NCBI GenBank assembly: GCA_964016885.1
Contig: OZ024741.1
Span: 16,492,001 to 16,556,000, forward strand
DNA: 64,000 nucleotides
Origin: Eledone cirrhosa
Taxonomy: Eukaryota
Reading direction: 5' to 3'
A program made the translations under genes and the position numbers. The notes under the pieces are model-generated. The model was given only the letters and a program-made list of their open reading frames with translations. It had not been told where the DNA came from and did no database searches. How positions within the stretch are numbered: the stretch's first letter is position 1; every line of letters starts with the position of its first letter. This document shows positions 12,777-25,554 of the stretch, one piece after another.

Positions 12777-13327
12777 TAAAAGGAATTCCACTTTGTCTGA
12801 TTTACTCGTTTTATTTACAAAACTTTAAAATTGTAATGGTATTAGAATGAAATAGTATGGTAAAATATTAAATGTTAAGTGTTAATTGAACAAGTAATTT
12901 CATGCTTTCGCAATCTTCAGGTTTATATTCTGTGGTGACAGTCAAGTTTGCAATTTTCAACTGTAATGAGATGGGTAAATTTTGTGTCTTATATACAGTG
13001 AAAAGCGGCTACAGAATGCTAAATTTTGCAAACTGTATTTCGACCAATCGGTGTGTAGTTTCACTGGATTACTGAAGCTGATTGGTTTAGGCGTCACGGT
13101 TGGCTGAGCATGTCTAACGACTTCTATTTGACCCCATCCAAAGCATCAATTGACTGTCACCACAGAATATGAACCTGAAGATTGCGAAAGCATGAAATTA
13201 CTTGTTCAGTTAACACTCAACATTTAATATTCTACCATACTATTTCATTCTAATACCATTATAATTTTAAAGGATTGTAAATAAAACAAGTAAATCAGAC
13301 AAAGTTGGAATTCCTTTTATTAATATA
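12770..13327. mobile_element. ~175-bp inverted repeat element, each arm with a minimal HHR-like motif
   Basis: Arms 12770-12945 and 13150-13327. tgaac CTGAAGA ttgcgaaagcat GAAA ttac TT gttca at 13170-13208 (+) and 12887-12925 (-). Confidence 0.7.
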
Positions 13328-13362
13328 ATTTTCTATGCACAATCATACACACCCGTGTATAA

Positions 13363-13420
<58 letters not shown>

Positions 13421-13609
13421 CTTTTAAGCTATTTTGTAGTATCTCTGTTCAGGAACACACCATTTATATTAAATTTATCTCCCTGGGGCTTTGTAAAAGT
13501 CTGAGATATTAGCTACATATATGTTTTATATATTTTTTTGTTTAGATGGAAGACAAAACAAAGATGATGAATACAAAGATGAAGAAGAGAAAGATAAAGA
13601 TGAAGAACC

Positions 13610-15430
13610 TCACCGCACCCCACTGCACCGCACAACACCGCACTGCACAATATCACACTGCACCGCACCACACTGCACTGCATCGCACCACACTGCACCA
13701 CACCACATCACACTGCACCACGTCACATCACACCACACTTCACCACACCACATAAAAACATACATCACTACACCACTCCACACTACTCCACACCACATAG
13801 CAACACAACACACCACTCCTCACTACATCACACCACATAAGAACACACAACACTACACCACATAAGAACACACCACACTACTCCACATAAGAACACACAA
13901 CACTACACCACATAAGAACACACCACACTACTCCACATAAGAACACACCACACTACTCCACACCACATAACACCACAACACAACACACCACTCCTCACTA
14001 CATCACACCACATAAGAACACACAACACTACTCCACAAAAAACCACAATACAACACACCACTCCTCACTACATCACACCACACTACTCCACACTACATAG
14101 CACCCGAAATTTTTTCCTCATCTTTTTATCATGTGTTATCAACTAATCCGAACTCCAAGATGTTTGTTATTGACTCTCTCTTCATGGAAAACGTAGGTGG
14201 AGGCACTTCTCTCATTTAACCACAGAGTTTTCTCTAAGATTTTTCGTATGTTATCAACGAATATGACCTCCAAACCAGTTGGAAATGATTAGTTGTTCTA
14301 GAAAAAAGGAGGGGTAAAGCGGGTGGAAAAACCATTGTCATTTTGTAGATATATACCCTAATGATTTTTCTTCGGTCTCCTTTTGAGTGCTATCAAGTAA
14401 TCTGACCTTTTAGTTGCTCTGAATCAATTTTTTTTCCTGGGATTTGGAAACTAAAACTAAATTAAACTTAAAATTAAATCTAGCCCCAACCCTAAACTAT
14501 AAATCTAAACCAAACCAAGCTAAATCTAAATATAAACATTACCCCAACCCTTAAACTAAACCCTAAACTATATCCCAACCATAAAACTAACCTCTAAACA
14601 TTACCCCAACCATAAAACTAAACCCTAAACATTACCCCAACCCTAAACCTAACCCAGGGAAATAAGTTGATTGGAAGCATCTAGGAGGTCAGATTAATTA
14701 ATAGCACAGGAAATATACCGAAAATGATTAAGTCCCACAACATGTGAGTGGGTGTAGATCTGCAAAACGCTTCCCCCTCCCTCTCCTCTTTCTCCAAAGC
14801 TAGTTGTTTTTGACTGGTTTGGAAGTCATATTCACTGATAACGCATGAAAATAGAATCAAAGAGGAAATTCCGAGTAAGCAGGGGTTATCCGGGTGAAGG
14901 GGGAACCACCTCACCCCGCCGTTTTCCTGGGGGGAAAAAGTCAGTTTCAAGCCTCTTGATAGTACATGAAAAATAGGATGAAAAAATTTCACATCACACC
15001 ACTCCACACGCCACATCACATCACACCACATCGCACGACACCACACCACACCACATCACATCACACCACTTCACATCACACCACATCACATCACACCACG
15101 CCACATTTCACCACACCACACGTCACCACATCACACTACACCACACCACATCACACCACATCACATCACATCACATCACAGCACATCTCACCACACCACA
15201 CCACGCCCCATCACACCACATCACATCACATGCCATCACACCACATCACACCACACGCTACCACACTACATCCCACCACACTCCACTACACCATATCCCC
15301 CAACCTACATTGAACCACACTCCACTCCACCACACCACTGTCCACTACAATAAACCACACTCCACTACCCTACACTACACTAGACTACACTCCACTACAT
15401 TTCACCACACCACATTACACCACACCACTG
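13610..15430. repeat. (CACCA/CACTA)n-type degenerate repeats flanking an old palindromic element
   Basis: Pentamer tracts at 13610-14104 and 14991-15430. Diverged inverted arms at ~14106-14425 and ~14670-14990 enclose a ctaaa/cccaa-rich spacer. Confidence 0.7.
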
Positions 15431-15777
15431 TCTATTCGACTGTTTTCTATTTCGTAGGTATGTCCAGTTACAGTAAGAGAAAGAAAGTTATTTCAAAGGA
15501 TCTGAGTAAGTAAACACTTCATTGACCATCATTTTAAGCAGGATCTCAGTGTAGTTTTAAATTGACCTTTTCATATGATTACACCTCAGTCTTAACTTAA
15601 TCACCTGTAGATGGATGCTACATGTAATGTTAAAATTAGTTAAACACTGTCTCCCCCTTCTCATCACATGTGGATGCTACATGTGTATTGTTAACATTCA
15701 TCTAACGTTGTGTCCTCCCCCCGCCCCACCATATCATACCACACCACATCACACCATGCTATACCATATATATATAT

Positions 15778-16030
15778 CATCATCATCATCATCATCATCA
15801 TCATCGTTTAACGTCCATCTACCACGCTTGCATGGGTTTGGACGGGAATTTTCCCACTTGAGGCAAGATTGGTTGACTTGTTCGTATAGGACTGTCTGGC
15901 AGGTTTTCTACGGCTGGATGCCCTTCCTAACACCAACCACGTTTACAGTGTGGACTGCGAGGTTTTTACCGTGTTACCTACACAGCCACATTACAGCATG
16001 GACTGTATTTTTTTTCTCGTGACACCTACA
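15778..16030 (-). mobile_element. 5'-truncated 3'UTR copy of the RTE at 8.1-11.7 kb
   Basis: Reverse complement of ~11470-11722 including the (GAT)n tail. Confidence 0.9.
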
Positions 16031-16050
16031 TATATATATATATATATATA

Positions 16051-17110
16051 TATATCATAAAACGTGTCTATAGAATCAATCAGATATTAAAATATATACT
16101 ATTTCTTCCTCTAATCAGCATAATTAACCATATACATAATCAAATCCAGCAAGCTTTAAGAGTAAATTTTCCAGTTAGAAAATTTACTCTTAAAGCTTGC
16201 TGGATTTGATTATGTATATGGTTAATTATGCTGATTAGAGGAAGAAATAGTATATATTTTAATATCTGATTGATTCTATAGACACGTTTTATGATATAAT
16301 GCTCTGAATTTTTTGATTTTAACTTATTAATTCTTCATTGAGCTTAAAAGTGAACAGTTGCAACACATATATGTATCATTGATTTAATTTAATTTAATTT
16401 TATGTATGTGATAACCTCTATATTTAATAATCTCCCTATCGGTTGAGATTAAATTTGGCGATATATAGCTGTGCTTTCTAGCAGCATGCCTACCCGCCGT
16501 AAGCGACCAATCACACGCTTTGTCTCTGGCTGGTACACAGCTACATAGCGATCTTAGCCATTTTTTAATCTAAATTTGGCGGGGTCTGTCTGAGAAATTA
16601 AATGTCTATTTCTGAGTTTGTCTCCTGATGATAATCCTGACTCGGGACAGTCCATATTATTTGGATGTCCTAAACAAGGAAGAAACTATGGTCGAGATAT
16701 AATTACGGTATGTGCGCATTTCTTCTAAGTTTAATTTTACTACTAATTACGTGCGGTTGACGATATGTTTGATCGGATTCTGCATGCTGCCGAAGTGTTT
16801 GATAAATAATGGAACGGGGTTAACGCGAACTGGCTGCGATCAGTTATTTGTCGGAGATTTCCCAGTTAGAAAATTTACTCTTAAAGCTTGCTGGATTTGA
16901 TTATGTATATGGTTAATTATGCTGATTAGAGGAAGAAATAGTATATATTTTAATATCTGATTGATTCTATAGACACGTTTTATGATATAATGCTCTGAAT
17001 TTTTTGATTTTAACTTATTAATTCTTCATTGAGCTTAAAAGTGAACAGTTGCAACACATATATGTATCATTGATTTAATTTAATTTAATTTTATGTATGT
17101 GATAACCTCT
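16051..17110 (+). mobile_element. 691-nt HHR unit with a 249-bp tandem overlap and a 120-bp 5' inversion (Penelope-style, non-coding)
   Basis: 16171-16419 matches 16862-17110; 16051-16170 is the inverse of 16179-16298; inserted in (TA)n. Confidence 0.85.
16619..16699 (+). ncRNA. Type I hammerhead ribozyme, GUC site, extended stem II
   Basis: tgtctc CTGATGA taatcct..ggacagtcca..tggatgtcc..agga a GAAAC tatg GTC gagata. Confidence 0.85.
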
Positions 17111-17139
17111 CTCTCTCTATATATATATATATGAGCTCC

Positions 17140-20100
17140 CCAGAAAAAAGAGGGAGGATGTGGGTGGAAATACCATTTACAAAGCTAGTCATTTTTTATT
17201 GCAGCGGAAGTGATATTTTTTGTTAATATGCTAAAAGCATAGTCCACTGCGACCATGTTGGAAGTTGTATTAGTTGATAGCTCATGCAAAAATGATGGAA
17301 ATATTTTTTTCCTAACATAAATCAAAGTGGAAATTTAAATCCTTACTTATAACAAAGCACATCACACCACATTAATCTACCCCAAACCACACCATATCAA
17401 ACTACACCATACTTCACCATATGGTAAATTTATTACAGAACACCTACTCCTACCATTTACATCGCACCCTGTTATGGACATCAATGTGACAAATTTGCTA
17501 CCTGTTTTTTTTTTTGTGGTTACCACCTAAACTAACATCAAAGGTGGTGCTTGCAAATGACTATTTTCCCACACATTATCAATGAATATGACATGGGAAT
17601 CTATCGTTTACAATTGGTTTCCATTTTATAACTACACCAAAAAAAACAAACCATACCATGTTACATCATACTACATCACACCAAGCTATTGATCTTGGTG
17701 TGAAAAACTTTCTTCCCGTTTCCTTTTTTTTTTATTTGGGTGTGTGCTTACCACCCAATCTGACATTAAAGGTGCTCCCAATTGACTATATTTTTTCACA
17801 TATCAATAATAATGACATGGAAACCTATCGAAAATGACTATCTTTGTAGAAACTTCACAAAACCACACTTTTGGTGTGACAAATTTTCATCTGGCATTGT
17901 TTTGTTTTTTTGTGCTTACAACCCAATTTGACATAAATGGTGCTCGCAAATTACTATTTTTTGCACATATTATCAATGGTTATGACATGGAAACCTGATG
18001 AAAAATGACAAGCTTTGTAGAAAAAAGAGGGAGGATGTGGGTGGAAATACCATTTACAAAGCTAGTCATTTTTTATTGCAGCGGAAGTGATATTTTTTGT
18101 TAATATGCTAAAAGCATAGTCCACTGCCAGCTTCTTGGAAGTTGATAGCACATGCAAAAATGATGGAAATATTTTTTTTCTAACATAAATCAAAGTGGAA
18201 ATTGAAATTCTTACTTATAACAAAGCACTCCACACCACATTAATCTACCCCAAACCACACCATATCAAACTATACCATACTTAACCATATGGTAAATTTA
18301 TTACAGAACACCTACTCCTACCATTTACCTCACACCCTGGTATGGACATTATGGTATGGACATCAATGTGACAAAATTGCTACCTGCTTTTTTTTGTGGT
18401 TACCACCTAAACAAACATCAAAGGTGCTTGCAAATGACTATTTCCCCACACATTATCAATGAATATGACATGGGAATCTATCGTTTACAATTGGTTTCCA
18501 TTTCATAATTACACCAAATCAAACCATACCAAGTTACACTGTACTACATCAAACCAAGCTCTTGATCTTGGTGTGAAAAACTTTCTTCCCGTTTCCTTTT
18601 TTTTAATTATTATTTGTGTGTGTGCTTACCACCCAATCTGACATTAAAGGTGCTCCCAATTGACTATTTTTTTCATATTTTCATATATCAATAATTATGA
18701 CATGTAAACCTGTCGAAAATGACTATCTTTGTAGAAACTTCACAAAACAATACCATACAGCAACACACCAAGCTATTGATTTTGGTGAGACAAATTTTCA
18801 TCTGCCATTTATTTATTTTTTTTTTGGCGGGGGGGCTTACCACCCAAACTAACATCAAAGGTGCCTGCAAATGACCATTTTCCCACACATTATCAATGAA
18901 TATGACATGGGAATCTATCGTTTACAATTGGTTTCCATTTCATAACTACTCCAAACCAAACCATACCAAGTTACACAGTACTACATCACACCAAGCTATT
19001 GATCTTGATGTGAAAAACTTTATTCCCGTTTCCTTTTTTTTTTTTATTTGGGTGTGTGCTTACCACCCAATCTGACATTAAAGGTGCTCCCAATTGACTA
19101 TTTTTTTCATATTTTCATATATCAATAATTATGACATGTAAACCTGTCGAAAATGACTATCTTTGTAGAAACTTCACAAAACAATACCATACAGCAACAC
19201 ACCAAGCTATTGATTTTGGTGAGACAAATTTTCATCTGCCATTTATTTATTTTTTTTTTGGCGGGGGGGCTTACCACCCAAACTAACATCAAAGGTGCCT
19301 GCAAATGACCATTTTCCCACACATTATCAATGAATATGACATGGGAATCTATCGTTTACAATTGGTTTCCATTTCATAACTACTCCAAACCAAACCATAC
19401 CAAGTTACACAGTACTACATCACACCAAGCTATTGATCTTGATGTGAAAAACTTTATTCCCGTTTCCTTTTTTTTTTTTATTTGGGTGTGTGCTTACCAC
19501 CCAATCTGACATTAAAGGTGCTCCCAATTGACTATTTTTTTCATATTTTCATATATCAATAATTATGACATGTAAACCTGTCGAAAATGACTATCTTTGT
19601 AGAAACTTCACAAAACAATACCATACAGCAACACACCAAGCTATTGATTTTGGTGAGACAAATTTTCATCTGCCATTTATTTATTTTTTTTTTGGCGGGG
19701 GGGCTTACCACCCAAACTAACATCAAAGGTGCCTGCAAATGACCATTTTCCCACACATTATCAATGAATATGACATGGGAATCTATCGTTTACAATTGGT
19801 TTCCATTTCATAACTACTCCAAACCAAACCATACCAAGTTACACAGTACTACATCACACCAAGCTATTGATCTTGATGTGAAAAACTTTATTCCCGTTTC
19901 CTTTTTTTTTTTTATTTGGGTGTGTGCTTACCACCCAATCTGACATTAAAGGTGCTCCCAATTGACTATTTTTTTCATATTTTCATATATCAATAATTAT
20001 GACATGTAAACCTGTCGAAAATGACTATCTTTGTAGAAACTTCACAAAACAATACCATACAGCAACACGCCAAGCTATTAATTTTGGTGAGACAAATTTT

Positions 20101-21480
20101 CATCTGGCATTTATTTATTTATTTTTTTGTGCTTACCACCCAAACTAACATCAAAGGTGCTTGCAAATGACTATTTTCCCACACATTATCAATGAATATG
20201 ACATGGGAATCTATCGTTTACAATTGGTTTCCATTTCATAACTACACCAAACCATACCAAGTTACACCGTACTACATCACACCAAGCTATTGATCTTGGT
20301 GTGAAAAATTTCTTCCTGTATCCTTTTTTTTTTTGTGTGTGTGCTTACCACCCAATCTGACATTAAAGGTGCTCCTAATTGACTATTATTTTTCATATTT
20401 TCATATATCAATAATTATGACATGTAAACTTGTCGAAAATGACTATCTTTGTAGAAACTTCACAAAACCATACCATACAGCAACACGCCAAGCTATTAAT
20501 TTTGGTGAGACAAATTTTCATCTGGCATTTTTTTTTTTGTGCTTACCACCCAATTTGACATAAATGGTGCTCACAAATTACTATTTTTTGCACATATTAT
20601 CAATGGTTATGACATGGAAACCTGATGAAAATGACTAGCTTTGTAGAAAAAAGAGGGAGGATGTGGGTGGAAATACTATTTACAAAGCTAGTCAGTTTTT
20701 ATTGCAGCGGGAGTCATATGTTTTGTTAATATGCTAAAAGCATAGTCCACTGCGAGCTTCTTGGAAGTTGATAGCACATGCAAAAATGAAGGAAAAATTC
20801 TTTTTCTAACAAAAATGAAAGTGGAAATTTAAATCCTCACTTATAACAGAGCACACCACACCATATGGTAAATTTATTATAGAACACCTACTCCTACTAT
20901 TTACATCACACCATAGTATGTACATCAATGTGACAAATTTTCTTCCTGCTTTTTTTTTTTTGTGGTTACCACCCAAACTAACATCAAAGGTGCTTGGAAA
21001 TGACTATTTTCTGACACATTATCAGTGAATATGACATGGGAATCTATCGTTTACAATTGGTTTCCATTTCATAACTTCACCAAACCAAACCATACCAAGT
21101 GACACCATACTAAAATCACACCAAGCTATTTATCTTGGTATGAAAAATTTTCTTGCTGTGTCTTTTTTTTTTGTGTGTGACAAATTGGCTACCTGCTTTT
21201 TATTTTTTCTTGTGGTTCCCACCCAAACTGACATTAAAGGTCCTCCCAATTGACTATTTTTTGCACATATTATCAATGAATATGACTTTGAAATCTGTTG
21301 TAAATAACTAGCTTTCTAGAAAAAAGAGGGCGGAAAGACCATTCATGAAGCTAGTCATTTTTGATTGCAGTGGAAGTCATATTCGTTGACAACTTGCAAA
21401 AAGAATGGTTGATTGTGTGCATCTTGGAGGTCAGATAAGTTGAAAACACATGAAAAACAAAGGAAAACAAATTTTCCAGC
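17140..21480. repeat. Complex satellite; core is a near-perfect 434-bp higher-order repeat (two ~215-bp monomers) at ~18.6-20.5 kb
   Basis: Identical 66-aa ORFs at 18688, 19122 and 19556 give a period of 434. Monomers start cttaccacccaa(t/a)ct(g/a)acat. The block gaaaaaagagggaggatgtgggtgg recurs at ~17142, ~18020 and ~20645. Confidence 0.9.
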
Positions 21481-22302
21481 TTAAATTGTTCTGTCTGTCT
21501 ACCTACCTAACCAATTATATACATATATACATATTACTGTCTATATATCTATCTATCTATCTCTCTATCAATCTATCTAGCTATCTGTGCATCAGTCTAT
21601 CTATCTAGTTAGCTAGTTACTTATCTACCTACCAAGCTAAGTATTTACCTGCCTTGCTATTTATATTTCTTACACTAATCCAGGAAAAAAGTTGACTACA
21701 AGCATCTTTAAGGTCATTTTTAAGTTAGAGAGAATAGACATTTCATTTTAAAGATTTTAAGTTAGAGAGAATCATACTATACCACACAACACAATGACTC
21801 AGCACACCACACTAACCTACATTACACTAAACCAGATTATACCACACCCCGAGAATTTATAGAACACTGGAATTTGTGTTTGAAAAGTTTTTTTCCTTTT
21901 TAGGGGGAGGTCCTATCACACAAGATGCTCGCAGTTGACTATTTTTTTCACATATTATGAATGAATATGACTTTGAAACCTATCGTAAATTATTAGCTTT
22001 GTAGAAAATGAAGGCAGAAAGTGGGCGGAAAAACCATTCACAAAGCTAGTCATTTTTAATTGCAGTGGAAATTATATTTGTTGTTAATGTGCTAAAAAAA
22101 TAGTCAATTGCAAGCATTTTGGAGGTCGGATTAGTTGATAGGATATAAAAAAAACAAAGGAAAACAAATATAGTCTATATGTTCCTGTGGAAAGTCGGGT
22201 CTTCTGTATTACTGCGTGACGCCAGAGGTCATGGTCGTGTGTCATTGCCCTTGAGAGGTGCAATTGGGTAAGGTCGGCTTCGAAATATTTACTTCTGCGT
22301 TC

Positions 22303-22379
22303 ACAGATTGATTTTTTTTAGTTTCAGAAGATCCCGTTAAGGGTGAAAGCAGCGATTCTTTGCTGAAACTTGAATCTGT
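22303..22379 (+). ncRNA. HHR-like fold with variant core CAGAAGA (second copy 22673-22750)
   Basis: acagatt..agttt CAGAAGA tcccgttaagggt GAAA gca..tgc T(G/T) aaact..aatctgt; stems I, II and III can all form. Confidence 0.55.
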
Positions 22380-22786
22380 TATTTTAATAAATATTTGCTC
22401 TACGGTTCTTATATATTTGATATATATTTATCCTTATCGAGCCCTCTTTGGATGTTAGTCTTCAAATTTATTATTATTACTATTTGGCTCCCTCGGTTGA
22501 GCACTCTATTGACTTATATCCATCATGCAGAAACAACATCTGAATATTTCTACAAAGAACATACTCGTACCAAGCAAGAAGAAATACCTAAAACTACGTC
22601 TCCACGAACCAAAGTATCGTCTTCCTGTCTTCCTTCGGTTGCAACGTTTTTCAAAATATTTACTTCTGTGTTCACAGATTGATTTTTTTAGTTTCAGAAG
22701 ATCCCGTTAAGGGTGAAAGCAGCCGATTCTTTGCTTAAACTTTAATCTGTTATTTTAATAAATATTTGCTCTACGGTTCTTATATA

Positions 22787-23705
22787 TCTATATATATAAA
22801 ACTGAGGATGTTTGTCTGTGTGAGTTTGAATCCCTAAAACTCGAGAAACACCCAACCGACTCTTTTCAAACTTTACACATGTAATACTTATGTTTCAGGG
22901 AGTGTTCTGAGCAAAAGAAATTTCAAATTTTCAATGCCCTAGGGACCGCATTAGGCGATTTAGCGATCTCTCTCTATAATTCTTAGTCTTTCTCTTTTTA
23001 GATAGATACATACATATAACGTCGCGCCCTTATAATATCTGTCTGTATGTCTGACTGTCTGCATTACGTCACTTCCCTGAGGATGTCTGTGTGTGTGTGT
23101 GTGTGTCAGTGAGTTTGAATCCTTAAAACTCGAGAGATACCCAACCGACTTTTTTCAAACTTTACATGTGTATTACTTATGTTTCAGGGAGTGTTATGCA
23201 CATAAAAAATTCCACTTTTTGATCCCCTTGGGCTCGCATTAGGTGAAAAACTGCGTTTTTTTCAGGTTTTTAGGGTTTTTTTGAGGCGTTACGTCAGACC
23301 GATTTCCTTGAAATTCTATGTATTAGTCAGTCTCTTCTTCATACCGTGAGCAAAGAAAATCCAACTTTTTTATGGCCTAGGACCCGCATTAGGTGAAAAA
23401 CTTCATTTTTTCAGCTTTTTAGGGCTTTTTTGAGGCGTAAAGTCTAACCGATTTTCCCGAAATTTCAAGGCATATTATGCACATAAAAAAATTTTAATTT
23501 CTTGATCCCCTAGGGCCCACATTAGGTGAAAACCTGAATTCTTCATGCTTCATCGAGTAAAATCTTAAAGATTATCCAGCCATCAGAGTATTCGGTTTAT
23601 TTTCTTTACATATTGTCCAGGCATGCAGTTTTTCCACGATTAGGTCTGTTGGTGGCCCACGTTTCAAAATACCTTATCCCGTGCAACGCCGGGTACCACT
23701 GCTAG
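22787..23705 (+). mobile_element. Non-autonomous Helitron
   Basis: 5' TCTATATATATAAAACTG; 3' hairpin cccgtgcaacgccggg (23678-23693) then CTAG. Inserted at A|T with no TSD. The empty site is visible at ~22408-22425. Confidence 0.9.
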
Positions 23706-23872
23706 TTTGATATATATTTATCCTTATCGAGTCCACTTTGGATGTTAGTCTTCAAATTTATTATTATTACTATATATATTTATTAATATTTGCTCTATGG
23801 TTCTTATATAATTAATATATATTTATCCCTATCGAGCCCTCTTTGGATTTTAGTCTTCACATGTATTATTAT

Positions 23873-23917
<45 letters not shown>

Positions 23918-23924
<7 letters not shown>

Positions 23925-24460
23925 CAATAGTAATAACACTAATGAAATCAATAACATTAGGAACGACAACCATCATAGCTCTAATGCAATACCTAGCAAC
24001 CAGACTTCTACACATAATAACCGACAAGTTAACACCCAAAATAAATGTAACTTTAGATCAAATAGAACCTGCCCTTTAGGTAACAACTGCTTAATCAAGG
24101 ACATCATTTACTCATGCACAGTCAACACTAACAACTCTTCTGAAACCTATATAGGCTCTACTTCGAACGAGATACAACTCACACCTCAATTCTTTCAAAA
24201 ACACAGTCTAGCCAACCCCACTTCACTATCTAGCTACATACACTATCTGAAAACTAGGAATAGATCATATACACTTCAATGGAAAGTGGTAGGTAGGGCT
24301 GCATCGTATAAACCACCTAATAAATTTTGTAACCTCTGTCTACTAGAGACCCATACTATAATCTTTTCGAATCTTAACCTCCTTAATAAAAAAATTGGAA
24401 GTGTTTGCATCGTGCCAACACCGCTTCCGACACTCTTTCCAAAACCTTAAACCTAGTATA
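23918..24460 (+). mobile_element. Second Penelope-like GIY-YIG remnant
   Basis: KCNFRSNRTCPLGNNCLIKDIIYSCTV..ETYIGSTSNE, then (frameshifted) LQWKVVGRAASYKPPNKFCNLCLLE. Confidence 0.8.
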
Positions 24461-25554
24461 TAACAATGTCAGATTTGAACTCATCACCACCATTAGCACT
24501 TCACCTCTAGTCTTGCCTTCCACCACTACATCACACTCTCTGATCCACCCTTTCCTCTACACAAATCATCTTATCTATAACTTTATACTCTGGAAATATC
24601 CTTATAATCACCACCTTTTAATATAATTACTTTAGATTACTTATAATTATATAGTGATTGAAATATAATACAGTTTATATAAACTTTAAATATTAAATGC
24701 AACAATGAATTATATATACATTTATAATTAAATGTATAAATTAATAACATTGTGTATATAGGATTAATTTATTAACATAAGGGATTTGTCTAACTTATAT
24801 GTAATATGGAACAATGAATTATATATACATATATAACATTGTATATAAAGAATGAATTTATTTACTCAAGGGATGCATCTAATTTATCATGCAAACAGCT
24901 GTACGTTGTTCCATAGCTTACCAAATGTTGGGTAGACAAAAATCTAATTGGACCTTTAATATGTTTTGAGAGTAGACTGTATTTAAGGTAAATTTGATAT
25001 AAATATATAGCACTTTTTATGTTTTCCACTGCAATTAAAAATGACTAGCTTTGTGAATGGTTTTTCCGCCCACTTTCTGCCTTCATTTTCTACAAAGCTA
25101 ATAATTTACGATAGGTTTCAAAGTCATATTCATTCATAATATGTGAAAAAAATAGTCAACTGCGAGCATCTTGTGTGATAGGACCTCCCCGCAAAAAGGA
25201 AAAAAAACTTTTCAAACACAAATTCCAGTGTTCTATAAATTCTCGGGGTGTGGTATAATCTGGTTTAGTGTAATGTAGGTTAGTGTGGTGTGCTGAGTCA
25301 TTGTGTTGTGTGGTATAGTATGATTCTCTCTAACTTAAAATCTTTAAAATGAAATGTCTATCCTCTCTAACTTAAAAAGTGACCTTAAAGATGCTTGTAG
25401 TCAACTTTTTTCCTGGATTAGTGTAAGAAATATAAATAGCAAGGCAGGTAAATACTTAGCTTGGTAGGTAGATAAGTAACTAGCTAACTAGATAGATAGA
25501 CTGATGCACAAATAGCTAGATAGATTGATAGAGATAGATAGATAGATATATAGA

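Larger units (their letters stand above)
22283..23880 (+). mobile_element. ~370-nt tandem unit with variant HHR, interrupted by a Helitron
   Basis: 22283-22415 is repeated at 22654-22786. The second unit resumes at 23706, and a further partial copy follows at ~23785-23880. Confidence 0.75.
21540..25554. repeat. ~530-bp near-identical inverted duplication enclosing ~2.95 kb
   Basis: 21540-22071 is the reverse complement of 25023-25554. Confidence 0.9.

Noticed and set aside
13533-13612. Possible host exon (ttttgtttag acceptor, acidic peptide)
   Set aside because: Low-complexity GA-rich sequence running into pentamer repeats, with no donor site or recognisable domain.
14450-14656. Telomere-like ccctaa repeats
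   Set aside because: Irregular ctaaa/cccaa mix inside a palindromic repeat, not a (TTAGGG)n array.
18640-20500. CRISPR-like array or repeated 66-aa gene
   Set aside because: Whole units are identical with no unique spacers, there are no cas genes and the context is eukaryotic; it is a satellite.
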